Under the pieces are notes generated by a model, which made no database searches, was not told the DNA's origin, and saw only the letters and a list, made by a program, of their open reading frames with translations. A stretch of DNA of 44,287 bases, taken from IMG/VR virus record IMGVR_UViG_3300045051_000014; one strand, given 5' to 3'. Shown here piece after piece: positions 33,824 to 43,471 of this stretch. The number at the start of each line of letters is the position of its first letter. Position 1 is the first letter of the stretch. Made by a program: the position numbers and the translations under genes. This DNA is from a virus (lineage: Duplodnaviria; Heunggongvirae; Uroviricota; Caudoviricetes).

Positions 33824-34463
33824 GAAATACATTGAGCGTGTCGAAGCGGCATTGGAAGCCGCCAACACCGGCACGACTAAGCTGACTCAGGCAGAGTTCG
33901 ATCTTGAGGGAATGTCTTCCCGCAAGAACCGTATTCTTCTGAATGAGTTGGTGAAGGACGACACTCGCTATCTTGAAATTGGTGTGTGGCGCGGATCTAC
34001 CTTTGTGGCAGCACTCCTCGGCAACAAGCCAGAGTACGCAGTAGCTATTGACAACTTCTCGCAGTTCGACAACGATGGAAAGAATTCCGAAAGGTTCAAG
34101 AAAGTGGTGACGGATAGAAATATCACCGACTTCACACTGCTGAATGCTGATTGCTTTAATATCCCACCGAACCTAGAGAACTTGCTGTTGGGGCAGAACT
34201 TCAACACCTATTTCTATGACGGTGATCATAAGGAACAAGATCAGTATCTTGCTCTTGCCTATTACTATCCGACTCTTGCCAACACTTTCATCTTCATTGT
34301 GGATGATTGGAATTGGGAGCCGTCGCGTCATGGAACCCGCCGTGCCATTGCCGAACTAGACTTGAAGATCCACAAGGAATGGGAACTCTTCAACGAAGGT
34401 GGTGGCAACAAAGAACACTGGTGGAATGGTCTTTATATCGCAGTCTGTGAGAAAACAAAATGA
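33816..34463 (+). CDS. Class I SAM-dependent methyltransferase (Methyltransf_24-like)
   Basis: YLEIGVWRGST, AIDNFSQF, FYDGDH, IVDDWNW; TTG start after AGGAG. Confidence 0.85.
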   Translation: MNKKYIERVEAALEAANTGTTKLTQAEFDLEGMSSRKNRILLNELVKDDTRYLEIGVWRGSTFVAALLGNKPEYAVAIDNFSQFDNDGKNSERFKKVVTDRNITDFTLLNADCFNIPPNLENLLLGQNFNTYFYDGDHKEQDQYLALAYYYPTLANTFIFIVDDWNWEPSRHGTRRAIAELDLKIHKEWELFNEGGGNKEHWWNGLYIAVCEKTK

Positions 34464-35173
34464 ACCCATGTATCGTATCGTTCTTCATGAACAACATCAA
34501 TATGAAGACTGTCGGGCTGCAACGCTCGGTGGTCGAGAAATTCAACCGCAGCAAGGTGAAGCACTACCAGATTCAGGTAGACCTTCCGCATGGTGTCGCG
34601 ATGGATTACTTTTGGGCATTGAATGGTTCCCCGGTAGAAGCATTCGGTGACAAAGTGAAGCAGCAGATGGATCATGATGCTGTATTGTTCTTAGACATTG
34701 ACGCAATTCCGGTCATGGATCGCGCCATTGACACTTATCTGGCTTATGCTTATGAGGGTCATCTAGCAGGCAATGCGCAAAGTTCTAATCACATTGGCGA
34801 CGGACAGCACATGTTTGCCGCGCCGAGTGCCGTCGCTATATCTAAGGAGACTTACGATAAGATCGGCAGACCTTCGGCATACGAAAATCCTAATTCAGAT
34901 GTAGGTGAAGAATGGACTCGCGCAGCCCGAATTCACAAGGTTCCGGTTGACTTAGCCCTGCCAGTATGCTACAATGAACCACCAGTTAGATATGATTGGG
35001 AACCAAAGGATGCGCCGCCTTATTGGACTCTCGCAAAGGGATTTCCAAACTACGGACAAGGCACCACCTTCGGTGATTCAGTCGGTAATCTCTTCTACCA
35101 CCAGTTCCAGATTAGGATGCCGGGAGTCGAAGAGAAGTTTTGGAAAAAGTGCGAAGCTATTCTCGGAGCGTAA
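34460..35173 (+). CDS. GT-A fold glycosyltransferase-like protein
   Basis: VLFLDIDAIP (DxD), GNAQSSNHI, SDVGEE, YG.GTT. Confidence 0.65.
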   Translation: MNPCIVSFFMNNINMKTVGLQRSVVEKFNRSKVKHYQIQVDLPHGVAMDYFWALNGSPVEAFGDKVKQQMDHDAVLFLDIDAIPVMDRAIDTYLAYAYEGHLAGNAQSSNHIGDGQHMFAAPSAVAISKETYDKIGRPSAYENPNSDVGEEWTRAARIHKVPVDLALPVCYNEPPVRYDWEPKDAPPYWTLAKGFPNYGQGTTFGDSVGNLFYHQFQIRMPGVEEKFWKKCEAILGA

Positions 35174-35176
35174 TAA

Positions 35177-35929
35177 ATGAAATCAGGTTATACACACATT
35201 GTCGTAGTTCTCGACAGTTCAGGTTCGATGGCAAGTATCCTAGATGATACTATCGGTGGTTTTAATCACTTCCTCAAAACTCAGAAGGAAGCCGAAGGCG
35301 AGGCGACGATGACCCTTGTGGAATTCGCACAGCCTGCATTCAACGTCCGTGCGGTCGGAAACATTTGGGATCCGAATGTCCTGATCGGTGGCGTACTGAA
35401 CGACGGTCGCAAGAGCGTCGATCCGGAGGTCAACGTCAAGTTCGATTTTCAGGATATCAAGAATGTTCCCGAATTGAACAAGATCAACTATGCACCGAAT
35501 GGCGGCACCCCGTTGCTCGACACCATTGCCGTTGCAATGAATCGTACAGGCAAGTCGCTCGCAGCACTTCCTGAATCCCTGCGCCCCGAGAAGGTTCTGT
35601 TCGTGATCATCACGGATGGTGAAGAGAACGCATCCCGCGTCTACAACCACCAGAAGGTCATGGAAATGATTCAGCACCAGACCATCGTGTACAAGTGGGA
35701 ATTCATGTACCTCGGTGCCAATCAGGATGCAATTCAGGCAGGCGCGAAGTTTGGTCTGAACGCAGCACGCAGCATGTCCTACGGTACGTCGAAGGAAGCT
35801 ATCGGTTCGACGTATGACGTTCTCGCGTCAAAGACGATGGCATTCCGCTCCGCAGGTAACGCTGCCGATGCAACCGCAGCACTCAACTTCACGGTTGAGG
35901 AACGCGCAACAGTACAGGATAAGAAGTAA
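35177..35929 (+). CDS. Stand-alone VWA (TerY/vWA-like) domain protein
   Basis: VLDSSGSM, GGTPLLD, IITDGEENAS, FMYLGAN. Confidence 0.9.
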   Translation: MKSGYTHIVVVLDSSGSMASILDDTIGGFNHFLKTQKEAEGEATMTLVEFAQPAFNVRAVGNIWDPNVLIGGVLNDGRKSVDPEVNVKFDFQDIKNVPELNKINYAPNGGTPLLDTIAVAMNRTGKSLAALPESLRPEKVLFVIITDGEENASRVYNHQKVMEMIQHQTIVYKWEFMYLGANQDAIQAGAKFGLNAARSMSYGTSKEAIGSTYDVLASKTMAFRSAGNAADATAALNFTVEERATVQDKK

Positions 35930-36123
35930 TGGCTAACAGATCCGATTTCTTCAACACTTCCCCGAAGTGTCCGAAGCTTCCCCGCTACCTCAAGAAGATG
36001 CTCGCCCTTAACGGCGGCACTCGCGAGCAGCGTATGTTGTTCCTCGCTGCGCATCAGGCGCACGTAGCGTACAAGCTCAAGCGCGGCAACGAAGACGCGG
36101 TTGACACCACAGAGGCAGAGTAA
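35929..36123 (+). CDS. Conserved small hypothetical protein
   Basis: TAATG-coupled; MANRSDFF..KLPRYLKKMLAL. Confidence 0.65.
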   Translation: MANRSDFFNTSPKCPKLPRYLKKMLALNGGTREQRMLFLAAHQAHVAYKLKRGNEDAVDTTEAE

Positions 36124-36124
36124 G

Positions 36125-36388
36125 ATGGAATCCAATCCAAAGTTCGAAATTGTCAATGACACCGGACCATCCATCAAGGTGATCGGTGAGACTGGTGAGG
36201 TTTCCAATCTCACCGAAGAGGCTCCTGTAGTTCTCAATCCGCGCTACAAGCACATTGGCGAATACAACGTTTCAGACCATCCGGCTTACAAGCCATCGCA
36301 GATCTTCCGCGACATGAAGTGGCTGTTGGCTTACGACAAGCAGGCAGCAAAGTATCCAAAACGATTCAAGCAAAGGGCATCAGTATGA
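36125..36388 (+). CDS. Hypothetical protein
   Basis: ATG 36125 directly after the previous stop; ATGA overlap with the next gene. Confidence 0.55.
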   Translation: MESNPKFEIVNDTGPSIKVIGETGEVSNLTEEAPVVLNPRYKHIGEYNVSDHPAYKPSQIFRDMKWLLAYDKQAAKYPKRFKQRASV

Positions 36389-36702
36389 CAGTCAAGGCAA
36401 TTAAGTTGATCAGCGGCGAAGAACTCGTCGGTGAAGTGATTCATGAAGAAAAGGGTAACGATGGTTTCATCGAAGAAATTACCCTCAAGAACGTCCTCGC
36501 AATTCTAATTCAGCGTGCGCAGGACGGCAACCTCGGCGTTGGGTTTGTTCCGTTTGCCCCTTATTTGGGTAAGAACACCACATTCGATTTCCGCCACGAA
36601 AAGCTACTGTTTGTGAAAGAGGTTGACGAACAGATGACAAACCAGTATAATAGCATCTTTGGTGGTATTGTAACCCCACCCAAGCAGTTGATTATCGGCT
36701 AA
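36385..36702 (+). CDS. Conserved Sm-like protein upstream of gp43
   Basis: VKAIKLISGEELVG..GFVPFAPY..YNSIFGGIVTP. Confidence 0.75.
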   Translation: MTVKAIKLISGEELVGEVIHEEKGNDGFIEEITLKNVLAILIQRAQDGNLGVGFVPFAPYLGKNTTFDFRHEKLLFVKEVDEQMTNQYNSIFGGIVTPPKQLIIG

Positions 36703-36712
36703 TGGTGATTAC

Positions 36713-39262
36713 TTGGACTTTTACACTAATGTACGTCAGTACGGCAAGTACATACTCTATCGTGGCGTGGAAAACGGCAAGAAGGTCGCACGCCGCATAG
36801 AGTATCGTCCTACTTTCTTTGTTCCTTCCAAGAAGAAGTCCAAGTACAAGACACTCGACGGTCACTATGTCGAACCTATTGAGCCGGGAAACATCAACGA
36901 TGCGCGTGACTTCCTTGAGCGATATCAGGGAGTGGAAACCTTTCCCATTTACGGTAACAATCGGTACGAGTACACGTACATTGCTGACCTACATGCTGAT
37001 GACGTACTTTGGGATCAGAAGTACCTTACTATCGCCTACCTCGACATTGAGGTTGGCTCCGATAACGGATTCCCTGAACCCCGCGAAGCCAACGAACCTC
37101 TAACCGCAATCACGATTCTAATCGACGGCAAGTACACCACATTCGGCTGTGGCGAGTACGTGCCGCATCGTGAGAACATCACGTACATCAAGTGCCGCGA
37201 CGAGATTGAGTTGCTGCGCAAGTTCCTTGGGCATTGGTCTTGCAACTATCCTGATATCGTTACGGGTTGGAACGTCAAGTTCTTCGATATCCCGTACCTG
37301 ATTAACCGCATGATCCGCGTTCTGGACGACGGTGAGGCTAACCTCATTTCTCCGTGGAAGAAGTTCCGCGAAAAGAACACGATGATCAAGGATCAGGAAC
37401 AGCAGTCCTACATGATCTTCGGCATTGCCATCCTTGACTATATGGAGCTATACAAGAAGTATTCTCCGGTGGCATCACAGGAATCCTATGCGTTGAACCA
37501 TATCGCATTCGTAGAGTTGGGGCGCAAGAAACTCGACTACTCCGAATACGATAACCTGTTCGACCTGTACAAGCGCGACCATCAAAAGTTCATTGAGTAC
37601 AACATCCTCGACACCGAACTGGTCTACGAGATTGAAGTCAATGGGGTCAAGTCGAGCAAGCTACTTGAACTTGCGCTGACTCTCGCGTATGACAACAAGT
37701 GCAACTACGAAGACGTATTCCAACAGGTGCGCATGTGGGACGCTATTATCTTCAACCACTTGAAGAAAAAGAACATCGTCATCCCGATGCAGAAGTTGGG
37801 CAAGAAGGACGATCAATACGCAGGCGCACACGTTAAGGAACCAAAGCCGGGTATGTACAATTGGGTTGTGTCGTTCGACTTGAACTCACTGTACCCACAC
37901 TTGATCATGCAGTACAACCTGTCGCCTGAAACTCTAATCAAGATTGACGACTACACCGAAGCCATGCGCGAAATTCGTCCGCATGTTAGCGTCGATGCGA
38001 TTCTGAATGGTGAACTCGACTTGTCGTGTCTCAAGGATATGAAGGTCACAGTCACGCCGAATCAGCAGTTCTTCCGTACCGACAAGCGTGGCTTCCTTGG
38101 CGAAATCATGGACGACATGTACAAGGGACGTTCCCGCTACAAGAAGATGGCAATCGAAGCCAAGAAGAAACTTGAGAAGGTCAAAGAGGATCCGAACCAG
38201 TATGCATACGTTCAACGAGAAGTGGCACGATACAACAATTTGCAGCAAGCCAAGAAAGTATCTCTCAATTCCGCGTATGGAGCTATCGGGAACCAATACT
38301 TCCGGTTCTTCGATATTAGAATCGCAGAAGCGATTACGTTGGGTGGACAACTATCCTATAAGTGGATTGAGGCGCACATCAACGAGTATCTGAACAAGCT
38401 TGTCGGCAGCGAAGGTGTGGACTACGTAATCGCGGGTGACACCGACTCCATGTATCTCAACCTTGAGGCTCTTGTCAACAAGTTCATCAAGGATACGTCG
38501 GACAAGCAGAAGGTGATCAATCTTCTCGACAAAATCTGCGAAGATAAGATTCAGCCGTTCATTGATAAAACCTATCAAGAACTGGCAGATTACGTCAATG
38601 CCTATGAGCAGAAGATGCAGATGAAGCGAGAGTCCCTATGCGACCGTGCAATCTGGAAGGCTAAGAAGCACTACATCCTCAACGTCTATGACGAGGAAGG
38701 TGTGAAGTATGCGGAGCCGAAGGTAAAGACCGTTGGCATTGAAACCAACAAGACCTCGGCATATCCCGCAGCTACCCGCGCCGCAATGAAGGATTGCATC
38801 AAGGTCATTCTGGACAAGGACGAGGCTGCGGCAATTCAGTTCATTGCTGAGTTCCGCGAGAAGTTCCGCACGCTGCCGATTGCAGATATCGCATTCCCGC
38901 GTGGTGTGAACGGCATCGAAAAGAATGCGTCTGAGTCTGACATATGGATTAAGAATACGCCACAGCATACGAAGGCGGCAATTCTCTACAACCATATTTT
39001 GAAAGAGAAGAATCTCACTAAGAAGTATCAGGCAATCAAGGATGGCGACAAGTTCAAGTTCGTTCACCTGAAAGTGCCTAACCCTTATCGCAATAACACT
39101 GTGGGATTCATCAATCGTCTGCCGAAAGAATTCGAATTAGACGAATACATTGACTATGATGCTCAGTTCGACGGCACGTTCCTTGAACCGATGAAGGGTA
39201 TTCTAAGTGTGATTGGTTGGAAAGCCGAAGAGGTATCCACCCTTGAATCGTTCTTTACTTGA
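36713..39262 (+). CDS. gp43: Family B DNA polymerase
   Basis: DIE, GWNVKFFDIPY, YNILD exonuclease motifs; SFDLNSLYP, KKVSLNSAYG, AGDTDS. No intein or intron apparent. Confidence 0.98.
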   Translation: MDFYTNVRQYGKYILYRGVENGKKVARRIEYRPTFFVPSKKKSKYKTLDGHYVEPIEPGNINDARDFLERYQGVETFPIYGNNRYEYTYIADLHADDVLWDQKYLTIAYLDIEVGSDNGFPEPREANEPLTAITILIDGKYTTFGCGEYVPHRENITYIKCRDEIELLRKFLGHWSCNYPDIVTGWNVKFFDIPYLINRMIRVLDDGEANLISPWKKFREKNTMIKDQEQQSYMIFGIAILDYMELYKKYSPVASQESYALNHIAFVELGRKKLDYSEYDNLFDLYKRDHQKFIEYNILDTELVYEIEVNGVKSSKLLELALTLAYDNKCNYEDVFQQVRMWDAIIFNHLKKKNIVIPMQKLGKKDDQYAGAHVKEPKPGMYNWVVSFDLNSLYPHLIMQYNLSPETLIKIDDYTEAMREIRPHVSVDAILNGELDLSCLKDMKVTVTPNQQFFRTDKRGFLGEIMDDMYKGRSRYKKMAIEAKKKLEKVKEDPNQYAYVQREVARYNNLQQAKKVSLNSAYGAIGNQYFRFFDIRIAEAITLGGQLSYKWIEAHINEYLNKLVGSEGVDYVIAGDTDSMYLNLEALVNKFIKDTSDKQKVINLLDKICEDKIQPFIDKTYQELADYVNAYEQKMQMKRESLCDRAIWKAKKHYILNVYDEEGVKYAEPKVKTVGIETNKTSAYPAATRAAMKDCIKVILDKDEAAAIQFIAEFREKFRTLPIADIAFPRGVNGIEKNASESDIWIKNTPQHTKAAILYNHILKEKNLTKKYQAIKDGDKFKFVHLKVPNPYRNNTVGFINRLPKEFELDEYIDYDAQFDGTFLEPMKGILSVIGWKAEEVSTLESFFT

Positions 39263-39282
39263 CGCTAGGAGTATGTTATAAT
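39254..39282 (+). promoter_or_regulatory. Possible sigma70-type promoter for uvsX
   Basis: TTTACT-17-TATAAT with TGn extension; overlaps the start of ORF 39281. Confidence 0.45.
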
Positions 39283-39493
39283 GGATGCACCGTTGAAGCC
39301 TGCCATTCCACCGGATCCTGTCGAACAGGATGCCGATGGTAAATGGTGGTTTTGGAATGAGGTATGGGCAGACAAGTACGGACCCTACGAAACGAAAGAA
39401 GCCGTAGCGAAAGCACTCTACACATACTGCAAATACGAATTAGGAATGAAAGAAGAGGAATTGCCACCATATGAGCCTACTAGACAAGATTAA
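39281..39493 (+). CDS. Small hypothetical protein
   Basis: AGGAG RBS; DPV..DGKWWFWNEVWAD.YGPYET...A..L..YC. Confidence 0.65.
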   Translation: MDAPLKPAIPPDPVEQDADGKWWFWNEVWADKYGPYETKEAVAKALYTYCKYELGMKEEELPPYEPTRQD

Positions 39494-40523
39494 AAAGAAC
39501 TCCACGATCAAGGATACTGCTATCCTTGAGAAGTCCAAGTTCTTCCAAGAGAAAGACATGATCAGCACGGACATTCCGGTGCTGAACGTTGCCCTCGGCG
39601 GATCGCTGAACGGCGGATTCACTCCCGGTCTGACCATGTGGGCGGGACCGTCGAAGAACTTCAAGACCGCATTCTGCTTGATCATGGTCAAGGCATATCA
39701 GGAGAAGTATCCTGATGGTGTCGTCCTGTTCTACGACTCCGAATTCGGTACGCCGCAGAACTACTTCAACACCTTCGGTATCGACACGGCTCGCGTCATC
39801 CATACGCCAGTCACCGACGTAGAGCAGTTGAAGTTCGATATCATGACGCAGCTAAACGAGATTGCTCGCGGCGAGCGTGTTATGATCGTCATCGACTCTA
39901 TCGGCAACCTCGCTTCCAAGAAAGAAGTCGAAGACGCACTGGAAGGCAAGTCGGTCGCAGACATGACTCGCGCCAAGCAGATCAAGTCCCTGTTCCGCAT
40001 GGTCACTCCGCACCTGACGCTCAAGGACATTCCGATGGTTGTGGTCAATCACACCTACAAGGAAATCGGTCTGTATCCCAAGGATATCGTCGGCGGCGGC
40101 ACCGGATCGTACTACTCTGCCGATAACATCTACATTCTCGGCAGACAGCAGGAGAAGGAAGGCACAGAAGTCATTGGCTACTCGTTCATCATCAACGTGG
40201 AAAAGTCCCGTTACGTGCGTGAGAAGTCGAAGATTCCTGTCACGGTCACGTTCGAAGGTGGCGTGAACAAGTATTCCGGTCTGATGGACATTGCTCTGGA
40301 AACAGGGCATGTCACGAAGCCGAACGTCGGTTGGTATTCCAAGGTCAACGTCGAAACGGGTGAAATCGAAGACAAGCGTTGGAGACTCGCAGATACACAG
40401 ACTCCTGAGTTTTGGGATCCTATCCTAGAGTCCGAGTCCTTCCAGAAAGCGGTCGAAGCTAAATATAAGTTCGCATCCGTATTTCATGACAAGGACGAGG
40501 AACCCGAAGATGAAGAGGCTTAA
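39471..40523 (+). CDS. uvsX: RecA-like recombinase UvsX
   Basis: AGPSKNFKT, FYDSEFG, IDSIGNLASKKE, VVNHTY, VEKSRYVREK. Confidence 0.97.
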   Translation: MSLLDKIKKNSTIKDTAILEKSKFFQEKDMISTDIPVLNVALGGSLNGGFTPGLTMWAGPSKNFKTAFCLIMVKAYQEKYPDGVVLFYDSEFGTPQNYFNTFGIDTARVIHTPVTDVEQLKFDIMTQLNEIARGERVMIVIDSIGNLASKKEVEDALEGKSVADMTRAKQIKSLFRMVTPHLTLKDIPMVVVNHTYKEIGLYPKDIVGGGTGSYYSADNIYILGRQQEKEGTEVIGYSFIINVEKSRYVREKSKIPVTVTFEGGVNKYSGLMDIALETGHVTKPNVGWYSKVNVETGEIEDKRWRLADTQTPEFWDPILESESFQKAVEAKYKFASVFHDKDEEPEDEEA

Positions 40524-41055
40524 AGAAAAACTACAGTTCTGGTGGGCTAAGAAGACGACCAAGGATGGTCGCGACTTCGAACTGCAAATGGACGATGCGG
40601 GAATGCTCGTAACACTCATTAGCGGAAAGTTCAAAGGTGTCCAGTACCGATACTCTCCACTGACGGTATTAGATGATGAAGGATTGATTGACTTTCGGAC
40701 GTTTGTGGAGTATGCTCCAAAGGACGTAGACCTAACGGATCCGAAGTTTGTAAGGCTGACTACAAATATTCTGCGTATCCTTCTAGCCGAAGCGATTCCA
40801 GAGACAGCCACACAAAAGCATGAACAAACACAGGTGATAGATGAGAACCGAAACACTGATACTGACGAGCTTAATCAAGAACGAAGCTTTTATGAGGAAA
40901 GCACTGCCGTTCTTGAAAAGCGAGTATCTAAGCGAAAGCCCCGAAAGAAAGTTGTTCGAACAGATCAACCAGTACATCCTAAAGTACAACAGTCTGCCAA
41001 GCCAAAGCGCACTAGCACTAGGTCTACAGGAAAGAAACGACCTCACGGAAAGTGA
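40510..41055 (+). CDS. gp40-like head vertex assembly chaperone with C-terminal extension overlapping gp41
   Basis: Sits between uvsX and gp41 as T4 gp40 does; GKFKGVQYRY core; GCTAAATA late box at 40458-40465. Confidence 0.55.
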   Translation: MKRLKEKLQFWWAKKTTKDGRDFELQMDDAGMLVTLISGKFKGVQYRYSPLTVLDDEGLIDFRTFVEYAPKDVDLTDPKFVRLTTNILRILLAEAIPETATQKHEQTQVIDENRNTDTDELNQERSFYEESTAVLEKRVSKRKPRKKVVRTDQPVHPKVQQSAKPKRTSTRSTGKKRPHGK

Positions 41056-42211
41056 GTTCAAGGCTTGTAAGGAAATTCTGAGTGAAATCTCAGAAGGCGA
41101 AGCTCCCGAAAAAGATACACAATGGATACTTGATACCACCGAAAAGTTCTGTCAAGAGAAGGCAATCTACAATGCCATCATGGAATCTATTCAAATCATT
41201 GATGGCAAAGACGAAAAGCATCATAAGGGAGCTATCCCTAGCATTCTGTCTGATGCTCTTGGCGTTAGCTTTGATCCCAATGTTGGTCATGATTATCTGG
41301 ATATGTCTTCTGACCGCTACGATTTCTACCATCGAATCGAAAAGCGGATCCCCTTCGACCTTACGTATTTTAATAAGATCACGAACGGGGGAGTCTGTCG
41401 CAAGACGCTCAACATCATCCTCGCGGGAACAGGCGTAGGCAAATCTCTGGCAATGTGCCACTTCGCCGCCGCAGCAATGCAGCAGCAGTTCAATGTCCTG
41501 TATATCACGATGGAAATGGCAGAAGAGCGTATTGCTGAACGCATCGACGCTAACCTGTTGAACCTTTCCATGGATGACGTTAAGTTGTTGTCCAAGGACA
41601 TGTATGAGACTCGCATGAAAAATCTCAAGCAGAAGGTCAAGGGCAAGCTGATCATCAAGGAATACCCTACGGCATCTGCGAACGCTTCGCATTTCCGTGC
41701 GTTGCTCCAAGACCTGAAACTCAAGCGCAATTTCAAGCCTGATATCATCTTCATCGACTATCTGAACATCTGCGCGTCTGCCCGTATCAAGCCGGGAGCG
41801 AACATCAACTCGTACACCTACGTCAAGGCAATCGCGGAAGAACTGCGCGGTCTTGCGGTGGAGTTCGACGTTCCGGTGTTCTCGGCAACACAGACCACCC
41901 GTTCCGGATTCTCTAATTCTGATCCCGGTCTGGAAGATACGTCCGAGTCCTTTGGTCTTCCTGCGACGGCTGACCTGATGTTCGCCCTGATTTCGACTGA
42001 GGAACTGGAAGCCCTCAATCAGATTATGGTCAAGCAGCTTAAGAATCGCTACAACGATCCTACTCTAAATAAGAGATTCACCGTGGGTATTGACAGGGCG
42101 AAGATGCGCCTCTATGATCTAGACCCTACGGCACAGCAAGGTCTGGTGGATGCCGGTCATAACGGCGGTTCGCCAAGTGGCGGCAACAAGTTCAAGGGAT
42201 TTAAGGTCTAA
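40841..42211 (+). CDS. gp41: Replicative DnaB-like helicase
   Basis: AGTGVGKS, ITMEMAEERIAERIDAN, IIKEYPT, IDYLNI, SATQTTRSG, QLKNRY. Confidence 0.98.
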   Translation: MRTETLILTSLIKNEAFMRKALPFLKSEYLSESPERKLFEQINQYILKYNSLPSQSALALGLQERNDLTESEFKACKEILSEISEGEAPEKDTQWILDTTEKFCQEKAIYNAIMESIQIIDGKDEKHHKGAIPSILSDALGVSFDPNVGHDYLDMSSDRYDFYHRIEKRIPFDLTYFNKITNGGVCRKTLNIILAGTGVGKSLAMCHFAAAAMQQQFNVLYITMEMAEERIAERIDANLLNLSMDDVKLLSKDMYETRMKNLKQKVKGKLIIKEYPTASANASHFRALLQDLKLKRNFKPDIIFIDYLNICASARIKPGANINSYTYVKAIAEELRGLAVEFDVPVFSATQTTRSGFSNSDPGLEDTSESFGLPATADLMFALISTEELEALNQIMVKQLKNRYNDPTLNKRFTVGIDRAKMRLYDLDPTAQQGLVDAGHNGGSPSGGNKFKGFKV

Positions 42212-43446
42212 TGGCTGACACCAATGCGGAAATCCAAGAAGCATCACAGGCGCTATTCTGTGCTGTTGCTGATTACTTGGGTTACAACGAGGCTAAGATT
42301 GCTTTCAATACGACAAAGTATGAGAGCCTCGCAGACCTGTACACAAAGTACACGCCACCCCGCAAGCAGTCCATAGAGAAGATCATCGAAGATGCGCATT
42401 CGAAGGATCACACCAGTTTCAATCGTCATATTCCACTAAAGCAGATTCTCGCCTTTCTAGGAAAGAGTGACGAGTGGTACAAGTCCACAGTAAACATTGC
42501 ATTGAAGGTCATCAAAGAAGTCAACACGATCAGCACGAAATTCGGCAAGATCCGTGGTGCTAACTGGACTAACATCTTCTATGTGCGCGGCGATAAGAAC
42601 GTTTACGATAGCCTGAACACTTTGTTTGACAGGGCTAATACGATTGAGAAAGATCGTGAAACACAGAAACCAATTCGAACCTTCGGTAAGATCGACAAAT
42701 GGTGTCCTGCGGATATCTACTTCGCCTCTGACTACGGTGCCGATGTACTAAAACGTGCTGCGGTAGACACTAGGAAAACTCTTGAGTTTTCTGACCTGAA
42801 TGAACTGGTATCCAAGCTAATCGACAGTGGCGACCTCCTCCCACTGTCGCTCAAGAAGCAGCCCAACAACGTATCCATACACAAAGTCAACTTCAAGCGG
42901 CAAGCAGAGTATTCCAAGCTATTGAAGACTTACGGCTATTACGGAATGTTTGGTAACAAGCGATTGGGAATCGACACCCTGACCGCGAAAGACTTGGGTG
43001 GCGCTCCACTAAGAATCAAGATCAACTCTACCGGCAGTGGCATGTTTCAAATTAGACATACCAAGGACAATGCCCTCAAGGGTGAAATCGTCCTGCCTAG
43101 TGGAGAAGCTCGCGGTGGTTCTGTCACAGGAAACCAGATTGCGAAGATTATCAAGCAGGCAGATCCGAAGTTCTCTGTGGACTTTCAGAAGGAATGGTTG
43201 AAGCGTAAGGCTGACTTTGAGAAAGCCAAAAGAAAGATAGATACTACCTACAAGGGCAAACTCAAGGATGAAATGACCATCAAGGCAAGTCACGAACTTG
43301 TCGGAGTCCATCTTAACAAGATGATCTATGAATACCTTGAGAAGAACAAGGGCAGAGGGAAGAAGGCAGACAAGGTAATCATAGCATTCTACCGCTATGC
43401 AGCATCCATGTCGCCGGATTCGGCAAAACACATCGTCGCTAAGTAG
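42211..43446 (+). CDS. Large basic protein, possible PD-(D/E)xK-like nuclease fold
   Basis: QE..Q N-terminal helix, DKWCPADIY, LLPLSLKK; TCTAAATA at 42064-42071 upstream. Confidence 0.5.
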   Translation: MADTNAEIQEASQALFCAVADYLGYNEAKIAFNTTKYESLADLYTKYTPPRKQSIEKIIEDAHSKDHTSFNRHIPLKQILAFLGKSDEWYKSTVNIALKVIKEVNTISTKFGKIRGANWTNIFYVRGDKNVYDSLNTLFDRANTIEKDRETQKPIRTFGKIDKWCPADIYFASDYGADVLKRAAVDTRKTLEFSDLNELVSKLIDSGDLLPLSLKKQPNNVSIHKVNFKRQAEYSKLLKTYGYYGMFGNKRLGIDTLTAKDLGGAPLRIKINSTGSGMFQIRHTKDNALKGEIVLPSGEARGGSVTGNQIAKIIKQADPKFSVDFQKEWLKRKADFEKAKRKIDTTYKGKLKDEMTIKASHELVGVHLNKMIYEYLEKNKGRGKKADKVIIAFYRYAASMSPDSAKHIVAK

Positions 43447-43471
43447 AGTATAGTGACAGAGGTAATTGGTT

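Noticed and set aside
36713-39262. Intein, intron or split in gp43
   Set aside because: Continuous 849-aa ORF of normal length with all motifs in order.
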